A stretch of DNA of 64,000 bases from Octopus bimaculoides (taxonomy: Eukaryota), in NCBI RefSeq assembly GCF_001194135.2, contig NC_068998.1, forward strand, positions 48,300,719-48,364,718, read 5' to 3'. The notes beneath the pieces were generated by a model. That model was given only the letters and a program-made list of their open reading frames with translations, did not search any database and had not been told where the DNA came from. Shown one piece after another: positions 1-11,900 of this stretch; position 1 is the stretch's first letter, and each line of letters starts with the position of its first letter. The position numbers were made by a program, and so were the translations under genes.

Positions 1-283
1 ATATACACACACGCGCACACATATATATATATATATACATACATATACACATCTATATACACACATCTATATACACACACATACACCTATATATATATAT
101 ATATATACTTAACTATATGAGTAAACATATTTGTGTGGCAGTATATATAATATATATATGTATATCTTATGCATTGTACCTATAAATACCTTATGTACAC
201 ACACATACACACACAAACACGTCACGGATTAACTCGCATTAAAATATACACATACATGCATAAACAAGACCCGAATACCTTAT

Positions 284-336
<53 letters not shown>

Positions 337-806
337 TATACACACAAGTTTATGTACATGTATCCATTACCATTAAAAATGTGCATTTGATAGTTGTCAG
401 CTGATTGTATTATGAATGTTGGCGGAGGCATTGTGGGACTTCTTCCATCTTTAATAGTATCGGCCGGTTTGTTCGTTGTGTTTTTAACAGCCGTACAATG
501 TGTTATTAAGCAGATTGTTTCTATCATTGCTTACTTAATAAAATCGCTAAATTCTCTTTGCACTGTGAAGAGCTGTTAACGTTTTTCTGATTCTTTTAGC
601 AGACTTTGCCATTCACGCTGCCTTTCCGCGCGAGTTGATGCCACGTCTGGTTATGTACTTCGCCAGTTCCACATCAACGCCGCTTCTCTGTATGTCTAGA
701 TACACACACAATGTACGTACACAATATACACACCCATACGGATGTATGTGTATACGTCTTTATACATAAAAATATATATCTGTATGTATGTGTGTATGTA
801 TGTATG

Positions 807-855
<49 letters not shown>

Positions 856-1211
856 NNNNNNNNNNNNNNNNNNNNNNNNNNNNNNNNNNNNNNNNNNNNN
901 NNNNNNNNNNNNNNNNNNNNNNNNNNNNNNNNNNNNNNNNNNNNNNNNNNNNNNNNNNNNNNNNNNNNNNNNNNNNNNNNNNNNNNNNNNNNNNNNNNNN
1001 NATACACACGTGTGTGTGTAGGAATGCATATGCATTTTAATGTGTGCGTGTAAAGTCCACTGTTGAAAGTTTATACACACTGACATTATAGATAAATATT
1101 TGGTGTATATATTATGATGGCCCTTATGTGTGTATAGTATCTAATACCATATACACACAAACATAAACCACAAACATTTCCTTACGTAACATCGCCTGCC
1201 AATGTGTGTGT

Positions 1212-1263
<52 letters not shown>

Positions 1264-1334
1264 GTGTATTTATATATATGGAGAGTGAGAGAGAGAGAGA
1301 GAGAGATCCTTTCCGAGTCACCCCAACTCAAAGG

Positions 1335-1512
1335 ATGACTCACAGGACGCTAGCCCGTCACAGGATTACTCACTGTTGCCAGCTGAGTGGACTGGAGCAA
1401 CGTGAAATAAAGTGTCTTGCTCAAGGACATAAACTTGTTGCCCGGACCAGGAATCGAAGCCACAGTCTCACAATCACGAGCTCAATAGTCTAACTACTAA
1501 GCTACACGTCCC
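1335..1512 (-). mobile_element. tRNA-derived SINE (family B), 5' part
   Basis: Reverse complement begins GGGACGTGTAGCTTAGTAGTTAG (A-box-like) ... GCTTCGATTCC (B-box-like). This is followed by the body CCTTGAGCAAGACACTTTATTTCACGTTGCTCCAG shared with the copies at 15140-15410 and 26826-27126. Confidence 0.8.
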
Positions 1513-1759
1513 CTTGCACACGGACCATCCACGCCACATTCACCACCTTTCAAATAAAAATACGGGGGCGTATTTTCTCTCCTTTTCAATTAGAACTTGA
1601 AAAACTCAATGAGGGCTTGGCTGAAGAAGAAAGGTCGATGTGATCGACTTATCCTCTCCACTGAAATTTCTGGCCTTGAGCCAAAATTTGAAATCAATAT
1701 ATTGTAGAAGTTACAAAGAATTTATAAACACCCTCTCTCCACTATATACTGTACATAAC

Positions 1760-1965
1760 AAATTGTCCGGCATACAAGTCGACGTAGCACGTAGTGGAAA
1801 CATGTAGTATAAGCGTTTAGACAGCTTCGCTATCTTTCCGAAACCTATAGCATTTCACACAGAATTTTTGGTCCCCTAAAATCGTTTGGGTGTGTAGGAC
1901 GACCTACCAACTTTTGCTCTAAATTTTATTCTTAAAAATTCGACTTGAATGACGAAAAACATCAC
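1760..1965. mobile_element. possible decayed Tc1/mariner-Tigger-like MITE
   Basis: Imperfect inverted ends: CCGGCATACAAGTCGAC near 1767 and TCGACTTGAATGACG near 1940. No TSD identified. Confidence 0.25.
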
Positions 1966-2046
1966 TATATATATTCTAGAATATTCTCCATCTCTTACAT
2001 CATTTACTGTAATATATAATACATATAGAAAATACTATAAACCACT

Positions 2047-2106
<60 letters not shown>

Positions 2107-2359
2107 GGACTGTAAATATAATACAGCTTACTTCATTCGTCACCTGTAACATACCATAGGTGTGTTCATAACAACGCCAGTAAATACAATTTATCTCAAC
2201 AAAATAAAGCTTTACATCTCTATACAACTCATTTGGCAACACTTAAATGTCGATTTATCAATTCGCAAGCAAATAAATATCGATAAGAAAAAATGTATTT
2301 GTAAATATGATTGAAACAAAAAATAATTATATTACAGTCTATTTGTGTGTGTGTGTGGG

Positions 2360-2399
<40 letters not shown>

Positions 2400-2446
2400 T
2401 GTGCATATATATATGTATATATATACATATATATATACTCACACAA

Positions 2447-2501
<55 letters not shown>

Positions 2502-2917
2502 CACACACAAATTTATATATACATATATATATACACACATATATATGTATGTATATATACACATATATATATATGTATATATGTGTGTGTATAGACATAT
2601 ATATATATATATATATATATAAGAATGGGTGTATGTAGATCCGCATATGAATGTGTGTGTTTGTGTGTATATATGGTCTGCGTAAATATATGTATATACA
2701 TGTATATATCTCTGTGCAAATATACGTATTTTGGGTCATCTGTTATTTTATTTGAGTTTCTAAGTGCCGGTGTGCCCGCCCACTCTACAATTGGCTGTTT
2801 ATGTTACGTATGTCTGAACACGAAATATCTCATTACATATACACCACTCTCATACTCATTATATACATACATACATGTATGTGTGTGTATTTATATATAT
2901 GTGCGTGTATGTGTGTA

Positions 2918-2954
<37 letters not shown>

Positions 2955-3150
2955 NNNNNNNNNNTATTTTTCCATGATGCTCCCCCCGACGCTCGACTAC
3001 GTAACCAGAGTATATTACAAGAAAAAAACCCTAATTTTTCAGCTGTCCTAGGTTAACCTCCATATAACCCGTTCCCAGCTCTCCTTTCAAAATCTCTTTC
3101 CAATTTACGCTCCTACTCTCCTCTCTCTTGCACGCTTCGTTTTCTCCTAC

Positions 3151-3193
<43 letters not shown>

Positions 3194-3662
3194 ATATATT
3201 TCTGAATATATATATATATATATATATAGATGTATATCGCATTTTATCCATATCGCTTACGTCTTCTTTCTGTGTATGTAGCACACTCACATACACATAC
3301 AGTCAGATATTCACACATACATAGACACACACACACGCGACACGTACACACAGAATTATTTTCATGTATGTATACATATTTACATACTATACATTCTCAC
3401 ATATATATATATTCATACGTGTCTATATATATATATATATTATTTTGTTTAAAAGAGTTCCAACACTGTCTGTTTTTTATGTTTTATTTATATTCCTGCA
3501 GAACCAATGTGGGGTATAGAATATGGAATATACAATATATAATATAAAATAAAATAAAATAAAAATGGATGGCACCATGAAATAAAGTATTGAATGTAGA
3601 TGAAATATTGAGTGTTCAATATAAAGGATCAAATATATAAATATAAATATATATATATACAC

Positions 3663-3664
<2 letters not shown>

Positions 3665-3750
<86 letters not shown>
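3665..3750. repeat. (TA)n microsatellite
   Basis: Uninterrupted TA dinucleotide run. Confidence 0.95.
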
Positions 3751-3753
<3 letters not shown>

Positions 3754-3799
3754 CTTATATATATACTTAATATTCATTTAATCTAAGCGATTACTCCTG

Positions 3800-4190
3800 T
3801 TCATTAGAGATTTAAATCCTGTTCATTTTGTTTTGCTGGACCTTCGTAATTCTTCTGGAAAAATTCTTGTAGACGAGGTTTTCTACAAAATTCTTCAGTA
3901 ACTTTAATAAAACTTGTTCTGTCAGATTTTGGTGTTATTGTAAAGTTCAAGACCATATTCTATAAATATTATTTCATTTTTCAAAAAATTTCGTAAGATT
4001 TCTTTACATAAATTTATCCTTTACTCGTCAGTTAGTTATCATTATGGTCATCTTTATTTTATTAGGAAGTTCTCTTCCCTTAAAAATAATTCTTGCTTTG
4101 CAAACCATTTGTACTTTGTCTTTCTATTCTTCAATTTTTTTTACTGAAAGAGGGCTCTTTGTTGTTGATAAGTCAAATAATAATATTATC
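3800..4190 (-). mobile_element. Penelope-like element N-terminal ORF remnant
   Basis: Minus-strand frames read INL...NFLKNEIIFIEYGL (frameshift) NFTITPKSDRTSFIKVTEEFCRKPRLQEFF. This resembles the NLS...KGLxFxPTP...FxRxLRLxExF segment upstream of the RT in PLEs, recognised from memory without an alignment. Confidence 0.5.
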
Positions 4191-4424
4191 AATACAGTTC
4201 TATATTTAAGAGATGAGGAATTATGTACATTATTTACATTTGACGGATATTTGTCCTCATCTTGTTTGTTGTTAACACAACGTTTCGGTTGATATACCCT
4301 CCAGCCTTCATCAGGTGCCTTGGGGAAATTTCGGACCTGGGTTCTCATTCCTAAGGTATTTTTCGATGTTGTTATTATTATTATTATTATCATTAATATT
4401 ATTATTATTCAGGTCACTGCCTGT
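4191..4424 (-). mobile_element. dispersed repeat carrying a hammerhead ribozyme (copy 1)
   Basis: 4191-4329 is nearly identical to 8555-8702 and contains a hammerhead core on the minus strand. Confidence 0.75.
4274..4319 (-). ncRNA. minimal type I hammerhead ribozyme motif
   Basis: Minus strand GGCAC-CTGATGA-A-GGCTG gagggtatat CAACC-GAAAC-GTT-GTGTT. Stem I GGCAC/GTGTT, stem II GGCTG/CAACC with one mismatch, palindromic ACGT helix III, GUU triplet. Confidence 0.65.
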
Positions 4425-5191
4425 ACATTTTTCCTTGCATTTTAATGCTTTCCTCGTGACTTTCTTCCCATTTGTTTAGTGAATCTTACTTCCTTTATGG
4501 CGTCACATTTTTCGAACTTGCCTTTACATCTAGGTACTCAAAGCTGGACTAAGCATCATAGATTTGGAACTTATATACGCTGAACATCGTGTCACAAGTT
4601 ATGAAAGACCGACAGAAAAAAAAACGTGGTATATATATATATATATATATATTGGAACGATAGATCACGAAGCAAATAAAGCTATGAATGATAGCTGTAA
4701 ATGTTGGTTTTAAAAACCCTTCGAATAAAAAGAAGTTGGGCAGCCTTCGATTTTTTTATCCAAAGTATTTTCACCCAATATTCACACGCTATTTTCATAG
4801 CATTATTTGTTTCGAGATCAACCTTTCAAAAATAGAATTATTTTACTTTTCCCTGAATCTATAAATTCTTATGTCAATGAGTGCATATATTAATATATAT
4901 AAAGTCATGACAAAGAAATAGTTTGATGAAGTTTTATTTAATAGTAAGAAAATACTAATATCACGACAAATTGTTTCGTAACTTGAAAACATACAAATAA
5001 TTTATATTGTATTTAATAATAAATAAATTACATGCCTGCATTAATGCAGAAACATCCTTCAAAATAAAGCAGAATTTAAGCATTATCAGGTGAAATACTC
5101 TTAAATACTCGGGTAAAACACAATATTATTTTTGTAACAAGTTCCTGTAAAGAGACCAGACAAATGTCTTGATTAATACTGTAGTCTTCAT

Positions 5192-5234
<43 letters not shown>

Positions 5235-5289
5235 TTATTCGGGAACAAGATACGTACCTACTACACAGAGCACAACATTAATAAGCTGA

Positions 5290-5800
5290 GTGAAGTATTA
5301 CATCGATCCCAATGCCCAACTGAGGTTGATGTAATCTCGTTTTTTCGACCCCAAAAGAATGAAAAGCAAAGTCGACCGCGTCAGAATTTGAACTTAAAAC
5401 GTAAAAGCTGGAAAAGACGCCGCTAAGCATTTTGTCCGGCTTGTTAACGATTCTGCTTTGAACCAGAACAAATATATTGGTCTCGAATGTTGGCACAAGA
5501 CCAGCATTTTGAGGAAGAAGGAAGTCGATTACATCGACCGGTACTTCATTTATCAAACCCAACAGGATAAAAGACAAAGTCGACCGCAGGTTTCATATTT
5601 TCGCATATGACCAGTAACTTCGAGGGATGGATGAGTCGATTACATTGAACCTAGTATTCAATTGGTACTTATTTTATCGACCCCCGAAAGGATGAAAACC
5701 AAAGTCGACCTCTGCGGAATTTGAACACAGAACGTCAAGACTGATGAAATGCCGCTAGGTATTTTGCTCGGAGTGCTAACGATTCTGCCAGCTCGCCGAC
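5290..5800 (-). mobile_element. cluster of three tandem tRNA-derived SINE (family A) copies
   Basis: Repeated body ATCGACCCC.AAAGGATGAAA..CAAAGTCGACC..GGAATTTGAAC at about 5292-5456, 5475-5590 and 5600-5798. The last copy ends in the head reverse complement ...AACGATTCTGCCAGCTCGCC. Confidence 0.85.
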
Positions 5801-6474
5801 TTAACGAATATATTACTCGGTATTTTCCATCGTTCTAATGATTCTGCCATCAAGAATTTCATAAAACATCGAGTAAAATTCATTTCTCTAACATTCTTCT
5901 CTCGAATTCTCTAAGGAGAGGTGAGGAAACAGAAATCTAGAGGTCTTGTGAAATATATGTGCGGAGTTCAATCTCACTGACCGTTAGCGAGGTGGGGCTG
6001 CAATAATGGCGAAAAGAAATTCCCAAAGAAACAGACAGAATGAAAAATAAACAACAAGCGTTTTAAGACGGCATCGGAACTCAGGGAGTTGAAGATTCTT
6101 TTGGAAGTCATTAAAAACTCATAAGTTGATTTGGTAAGGAAAAATTAGGTACATTGTAAAGTTTATCTGACACCTTCTGCCGCCACCGCCGGCGACGGCA
6201 TCGTTTCATACGCACAAATGAATATTTTATTTTGTCAACGCCCATATCTACGTCTATACACATGCGTACGCATAAACACACTAACGTGCATATATATATG
6301 TGTGTGTGCATGTATATATATATATATATGTGTGTGTGTAAATATAAATGTGTATACCCATATATATGTCAATGAATTCATAGATACAAGTAGATTATAT
6401 ATACATGCGTTTATACATAAATGCACTCGAATATTCATGCACCAATACATACATACGTATATACACGCTATATG

Positions 6475-6508
<34 letters not shown>

Positions 6509-7609
6509 CGCACATACAAAGAAACATACATACACACGCAAATACAAACATATATATACACACATGTATATACATACATGTGCATATAACGTGTATGCGT
6601 ACACATATATGCGCATATACACACATATACACATACATGCATATCTCTATATATATATATGTGTGTGTATGTNNNNNNNNNNNNNNNNNNNNNNNNNNNN
6701 NNNNNNNNNNNNNNNNNNNNNNNNNNNNNNNNNNNNNNNNNNNNNNNNNNNNNNNNNNNNNNNNNNNNNNNNNNNNNNNNNNNNNNNNNNNNNNNNNNNN
6801 NNNNNNNNNNNNNNNNNNNNNNNATATATATATATATATATATATACATGTATATATATGGTGGTGGGGTGTCTATGTATCGGTATATCAGTGAAATTAC
6901 ATGTCTGTATATAATTACCAATTCATGTATATATACATATATATAAGTATTTATGTTATACATTTACATCACTTTATACACTGGCCATGCATCGCTATTT
7001 TCACCCCACCCCTCTCTCCGTGCCAGTGAACCTGCAGCTACAAGCATATTTTTTCATCAACATATGTGAAACCCGATCGCATGTGAAGGCCTGTAAAGTT
7101 GACAACCTTCCCGACTGGCTTCCCCTGGGCAGAGATTTGTTGGGAGTCTTTTTTTTTTTGTGTGTGTGTGTGTTTTTGTTAACGCACAGATGCCACGGTG
7201 CGTGTGGATTAACTCTTTTCCCGCAATAGTCGTTATTGGCGAAAGGTTCAGAAGAATTTCTCTGTTATAGGTTAGATATTATGGCATGGTTAAGCACCAC
7301 GTTTATCTGCTTCGAGATACACCGTTACCAAGAAACCAAAAAATCATATATGCATGCGCAAGTGAAAAGGCAACTGATAATCCAGGCGTTTACATCAAGT
7401 GACACTCAAGCAAATGGCAGCTATTTGAATTTATATAAAAGAATATTTCTCCAGAGGAAACAGAGATTTCAAACAAACAGAAGATTCGATTGACGATTTT
7501 TTTTTTATATAGTGACCACACGTTTGTGTTGTACATTAGCTCACTCCCTTTATTAAAGGCAAATGGACATTGCCTGCACAGGTGCCCAGTGTGCCACAAG
7601 TCACATGTA

Positions 7610-7730
7610 TAAATGATCGCTGGCCAACGTGAAATGAAGCGTTTTGCACAAGAACACAACGCACCGCTCGGTCTAGGAATCGAAACAACGATATAACGAT
7701 CTTAAATGCAACGTTCGAAACACTAGGCCA
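7610..7730 (-). mobile_element. SINE family B fragment
   Basis: CAACGTGAAATGAAGCGTTTTGCACAAGAACACAACGC...GGAATCGAAAC matches the reverse-complemented family B body and B-box. Confidence 0.65.
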
Positions 7731-8280
7731 CATATCTTTACCATATCACAGACATAGAAGCATTTTATCACCCCATGATTCGATGTGTAGACGTGAACCA
7801 ACCCCAGGAACAATAACTATTAATAAATCATATTATTATCTTGGTAAACCTTTGCAAACGTCAGTTTCAGGCTGGAAAAAAAAATAATTGAATCCCTCTG
7901 CTGTGAATCGAAGCACGTCTGCGGCCCTAAAATTGTTGTCTTTTGATCCACAGATAGCATTAAAAGCTACGTTATAGTCATTCCAAAATACAAGACAAAT
8001 CATGAAAGGAATGTTGAGAAGTGAAAGCAAAAGAAGAAAGAACCAACGCCTTAATTTGCACGTCAATCGGTTAATTCTTTAATTGGTGCATTACAGATTT
8101 GTTTGTATAAAAGCTCAACCACTTCCACTCACCCACCCTACCGTTGGATCGCCCTTATCACAACGATCTCGCTTAGTATTTAGATCGCTAAATACAGCAT
8201 GCTCGCAATTTATTGCCTCTTTATGTACACAAATGAGCATACGGACCATAACACACACACAAACAAACATAAACGCACGC

Positions 8281-8313
<33 letters not shown>

Positions 8314-8554
8314 TATATACACGCCCGTGTGCGCATCCACCTACGCGAATGAAAAACACGCTTTAACAGGAGATAAACATTCCTCATGCCACTTCCTCTC
8401 AGTCACTCCTAATCCAGGGATCGAACTCAACACTCTAACCAATAGACAACTCACAAGAAACACGTACACACACACACACATACCCACGCAGAGAATGAAT
8501 GGCCTTGTTACGGGTTCGAACATGCCTCTAGCATATTTGAACTGGTAACGACTT

Positions 8555-8702
8555 AATACAGTTCTATATTTAAGAGACGAGGAATTATGTACATTATTTA
8601 CATTATTTACATTTGACGGATATTTGTCTTCATCTTGTTTCTTGTTAACACAGCGTTTCGGCTGATATACCCTCCAGCCTTCATCAGGTGTCTTGGGGAA
8701 AT
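8555..8702 (-). mobile_element. dispersed repeat carrying a hammerhead ribozyme (copy 2)
   Basis: Near-identical to 4191-4329, with an internal short duplication of TACATTATT. Confidence 0.75.
8647..8692 (-). ncRNA. hammerhead ribozyme motif with mutated cleavage triplet
   Basis: Minus strand GACAC-CTGATGA-A-GGCTG gagggtatat CAGCC-GAAAC-GCT-GTGTT. Stem II is perfect, but position 16.1 is C instead of U. Confidence 0.55.
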
Positions 8703-8714
8703 ACACACGCATAC

Positions 8715-8850
8715 GTATATATGACGGGCTTCTTTCAGTTTGCGACCACAAAACCCACTCACAAGGCTTTGGTTGGTTCGGTGCTATAGAAGACACTTGC
8801 CCAAGAATCTACGCAGAGGAACTGAACCCAGTACCTTGTGGTTTGCCCCA
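8715..8850 (-). mobile_element. tRNA-derived SINE (family C)
   Basis: GACGGGCTTCTTTCAGTTT...CACTCACAAGGCTTTGGT...GAAGACACTTGCCCAAG...GAACTGAACCC is the reverse complement of the family seen at 36860-37025 and 39547-39640. Confidence 0.8.
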
Positions 8851-10209
8851 AAATGCAAACTTTCATTCCAAAAAATACAGAATAAGAAACCAGGAAAGGA
8901 TGCAACGCAAACCGGAGACCATCCTCCAATNNNNNNNNNNNNNNNNNNNNNNNNNNNNNNNNNNNNNNNNNNNNNNNNNNNNNNNNNNNNNNNNNNNNNN
9001 NNNNNNNNNNNNNNNNNNNNNNNNNNNNNNNNNNNNNNNNNNNNNNNNNNNNNNNNNNNNNNNNNNNNNNNNNNNNNNNNNNNNNNNNNNNNNNNNNNNN
9101 NNNNNNNNNNNNNNNNNNNNNNNNNNNNNNNNNNNNNNNNNNNNNNNNNNNNNNNNNNNNNNNNNNNNNNNNNNNNNNNNNNNNNNNNNNNNNNNNNNNN
9201 NNNNNNNNNNNNNNNNNNNNNNNNNNNNNNNNNNNNNNNNNNNNNNNNNNNNNNNNNNNNNNNNNNNNNNNNNNNNNNNNNNNNNNNNNNNNNNNNNNNN
9301 NNNNNNNNNNNNNNNNNNNNNNNNNNNNNNNNNNNNNNNNNNNNNNNNNNNNNNNNNNNNNNNNNNNNNNNNNNNNNNNNNNNNNNNNNNNNNNNNNNNN
9401 NNNNNNNNNNNNNNNNNNNNNNNNNNNNNNNNNNNNNNNNNNNNNNNNNNNNNNNNNNNNNNNNNNNNNNNNNNNNNNNNNNNNNNNNNNNNNNNNNNNN
9501 NNNNNNNNNNNNNNNNNNNNNNNNNNNNNNNNNNNNNNNNNNNNNNNNNNNNNNNNNNNNNNNNNNNNNNNNNNNNNNNNNNNNNNNNNNNNNNNNNNNN
9601 NNNNNNNNNNNNNNNNNNNNNNNNNNNNNNNNNNNNNNNNNNNNNNNNNNNNNNNNNNNNNNNNNNNNNNNNNNNNNNNNTTTATATTTAGGTATATGTA
9701 TATATATGTATGTGTGTGTATAAAGTATGCATATGAAAGATAGGTTCTCCTTATGGCACCGTTAATGTTCCGTTTAAACTGTTGTAATCAATACCTTCAG
9801 GAAAGATATGAGCTAGAATATTCCAGAAGGAGATGCTGTGGAGAAGAAAGACTGAAGGTGATGAGTGATGGATGTAAGGGACCGTTCAGCTCCGCGAGAC
9901 GAAGGCCATTAAAGTAGTGACAGTAAAAACAGGAAACGACAGGCCAGTGGGGCAGGGGCCGGAGTAGAGATGAAATGAAAATTAACTGGCTGAACCTGAA
10001 TTGGGTCCAGGATATCATCGAACATAGCAGAGTCTCAGATGTGGGTTCGATACTGTATTGTGAGCCTTACTTAATTCTTGTAGGTTATCAGCAGCCTCTG
10101 AAGGCTAAAGTGTCTTTGGGGTGCATTCGTTTTTTATACCTTCTGCAGACTGCTCGAAGCTTACTAGCTTCCTACGCTTGGATCATTGGATCTTACCTTT
10201 ACATATATT

Positions 10210-10255
<46 letters not shown>

Positions 10256-10269
10256 TGTGTGTGTTTCTG

Positions 10270-10530
10270 TACCACTGTTTCGACCAGACTATCGGATGTT
10301 TGTTATGCACCGCCGGTCACGATTTGTTGCCTCGCATTGTTGACCAGTCGGGCAGATCTGCATTTCTCCTGAGCGGAACACTAGTCCGTCGCAGATTTAG
10401 CCATTTGCAAAGTGCGTAGACTGAAACAACGTAAAATGAAGTGTTTTGTCCAAGAACTCAACGTACTGCCCGGTTCGGGAATCGAAACCACGATCTTGCG
10501 TACAACACTCTAACCAGTAGACCATGTAAT
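10270..10530 (-). mobile_element. SINE family B-like copy
   Basis: AACAACGTAAAATGAAGTGTTTTGTCCAAGAACTCAACG...GGGAATCGAAACC...CTCTAACCA, i.e. body plus B-box and A-box on the minus strand. Confidence 0.7.
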
Positions 10531-10729
10531 ATCAAACATACATACGCATACACACACACAGGTACATATATATGCGTGTATGTGTATGTGTGTGTATATA
10601 TGTATATATTTGCATGTGTGTGTGTATATATGTGTTTGTGTGTATGTATGTATATATATGTGTGTGTGTGCGTATATATGTGTGTGTGTGTATGTGTATA
10701 CATAAATATATGTGTGTGTGTGTATAATT

Positions 10730-10900
10730 TAAAGAAAAGAAAAAATGGAGAAATATTGACGAACAACAATTGACTTACATCAATTATTATTTATTAATTC
10801 AATGCAAATAGATTGCATTTATATTGAATTAATTAATAAATAATAATTGATGTAAGTCAATTGTTGTTCCTCAATATTTCTCCATTTTTTGTTTCCTTAA
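10730..10900. repeat. long near-perfect inverted repeat (hairpin)
   Basis: 10740-10799 AAAAAATGGAGAAATATTGACGAACAACAATTGACTTACATCAATTATTATTTATTAATT is the reverse complement of 10831-10890 with one mismatch. Loop is about 30 nt. Confidence 0.9.
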
Positions 10901-11280
10901 AATTTTGATTCTTGATAAACTTCTGTTTATCCTTGTCTTTGCCTATAATTCATGAGCATAATATGCTTGCATATAAAATACATTCTCTCTGTTTGTCGTG
11001 ACTACTACTAAATTCAGGCTACGACACACACAGAGGATGTTCTTGAAGTCTAGGATTTTGAGCTTATGGAGAAATATCGCCTGAGGAAATGCAACTAGAT
11101 CTCCTAATGCAGGGAAATAGTTGCATAATCAAGTACCTGCACGCCTGGAGAACTACGTTGCGTAGAGACAATTGTAGTGATTAAAAAACAAATTTCCAAC
11201 CGTACTCCTTGTGTGTGTGTGTATGTGTGTGTGTATGTGTGTGTGTATGGCAGACACGCATCTCCTTGTGTGGACACTCC

Positions 11281-11329
<49 letters not shown>

Positions 11330-11459
11330 ACTTGGCAGACACGTATCTCCTACCCAAATCTTCCATGACAATGGAATGAAATGAACCGTAACTAATGTGC
11401 ACATCTCGTGATTACTTACGGATAAGGTTACGATGATTGCCCCTCACAGCTGCATGCGA

Positions 11460-11640
11460 TGCCTGCTCAGAGGCCTACGCAAAGTTGCAGAAAGTGCATA
11501 GAGAGGAGTGTATGAGCTGCACACAAGTGCACGAGTGGTTCAGACGTTTCCAAGATGGCCGAAACAATGTCGATATTGACGCGCGTTCAGGCAGACCTGC
11601 AACCAGCGGAACTGAGAAAAATATCGCAGTTATTGAGCAA
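11460..11640 (+). mobile_element. mariner transposase N-terminal HTH fragment
   Basis: SEAYAKLQKVHREECMSCTQVHEWFRRFQDGRNNVDIDARSGRP matches the Mos1/mariner N-terminus pattern (CMSRxxVxEWFxRFxxGRxxVxDxxRSGRP). Confidence 0.8.
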
Positions 11641-11649
11641 TTCTTCAAT

Positions 11650-11868
11650 TTAATATTATTTTTTACTCTAGGCACAAGGTTCAAAATTTGGGGGAAGGGA
11701 GCCAGTCCATTAGATCGACCCCAGTTTGCAACTGGTCCTCAATTTATCGACCCCGAAAGGATGAAAGGCAAAGTCGACCTCGGCGGGATTTGAACTCAGA
11801 ACATAAAGACGGACGAAATACCACTAGGCATTTCGCCCGGCGTGCTAACGTTTCTACCAGCTCGCCGT
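11650..11868 (-). mobile_element. tRNA-derived SINE (family A), near full length
   Basis: Reverse complement reads GCGAGCTGGTAGAAACGTTAGCACGCCGGGCGAAATG...GAGTTCAAATCCC (B-box)...GGGGTCGATAAA...CCTTGTGCCTAGAG. Confidence 0.9.
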
Positions 11869-11900
11869 CTTCTTCAATTTAACATTTGACAGTTTAAGTC

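Noticed and set aside
394-579. Hydrophobic 61-aa ORF that looks like a transmembrane segment
   Set aside because: No recognisable family or convincing exon structure. AT-rich DNA often gives hydrophobic frames.
3855-3900. CTGAAGA followed by a stem on the minus strand (possible hammerhead)
   Set aside because: No GAAA or helix III after the stem. It lies within the PLE-like coding remnant.
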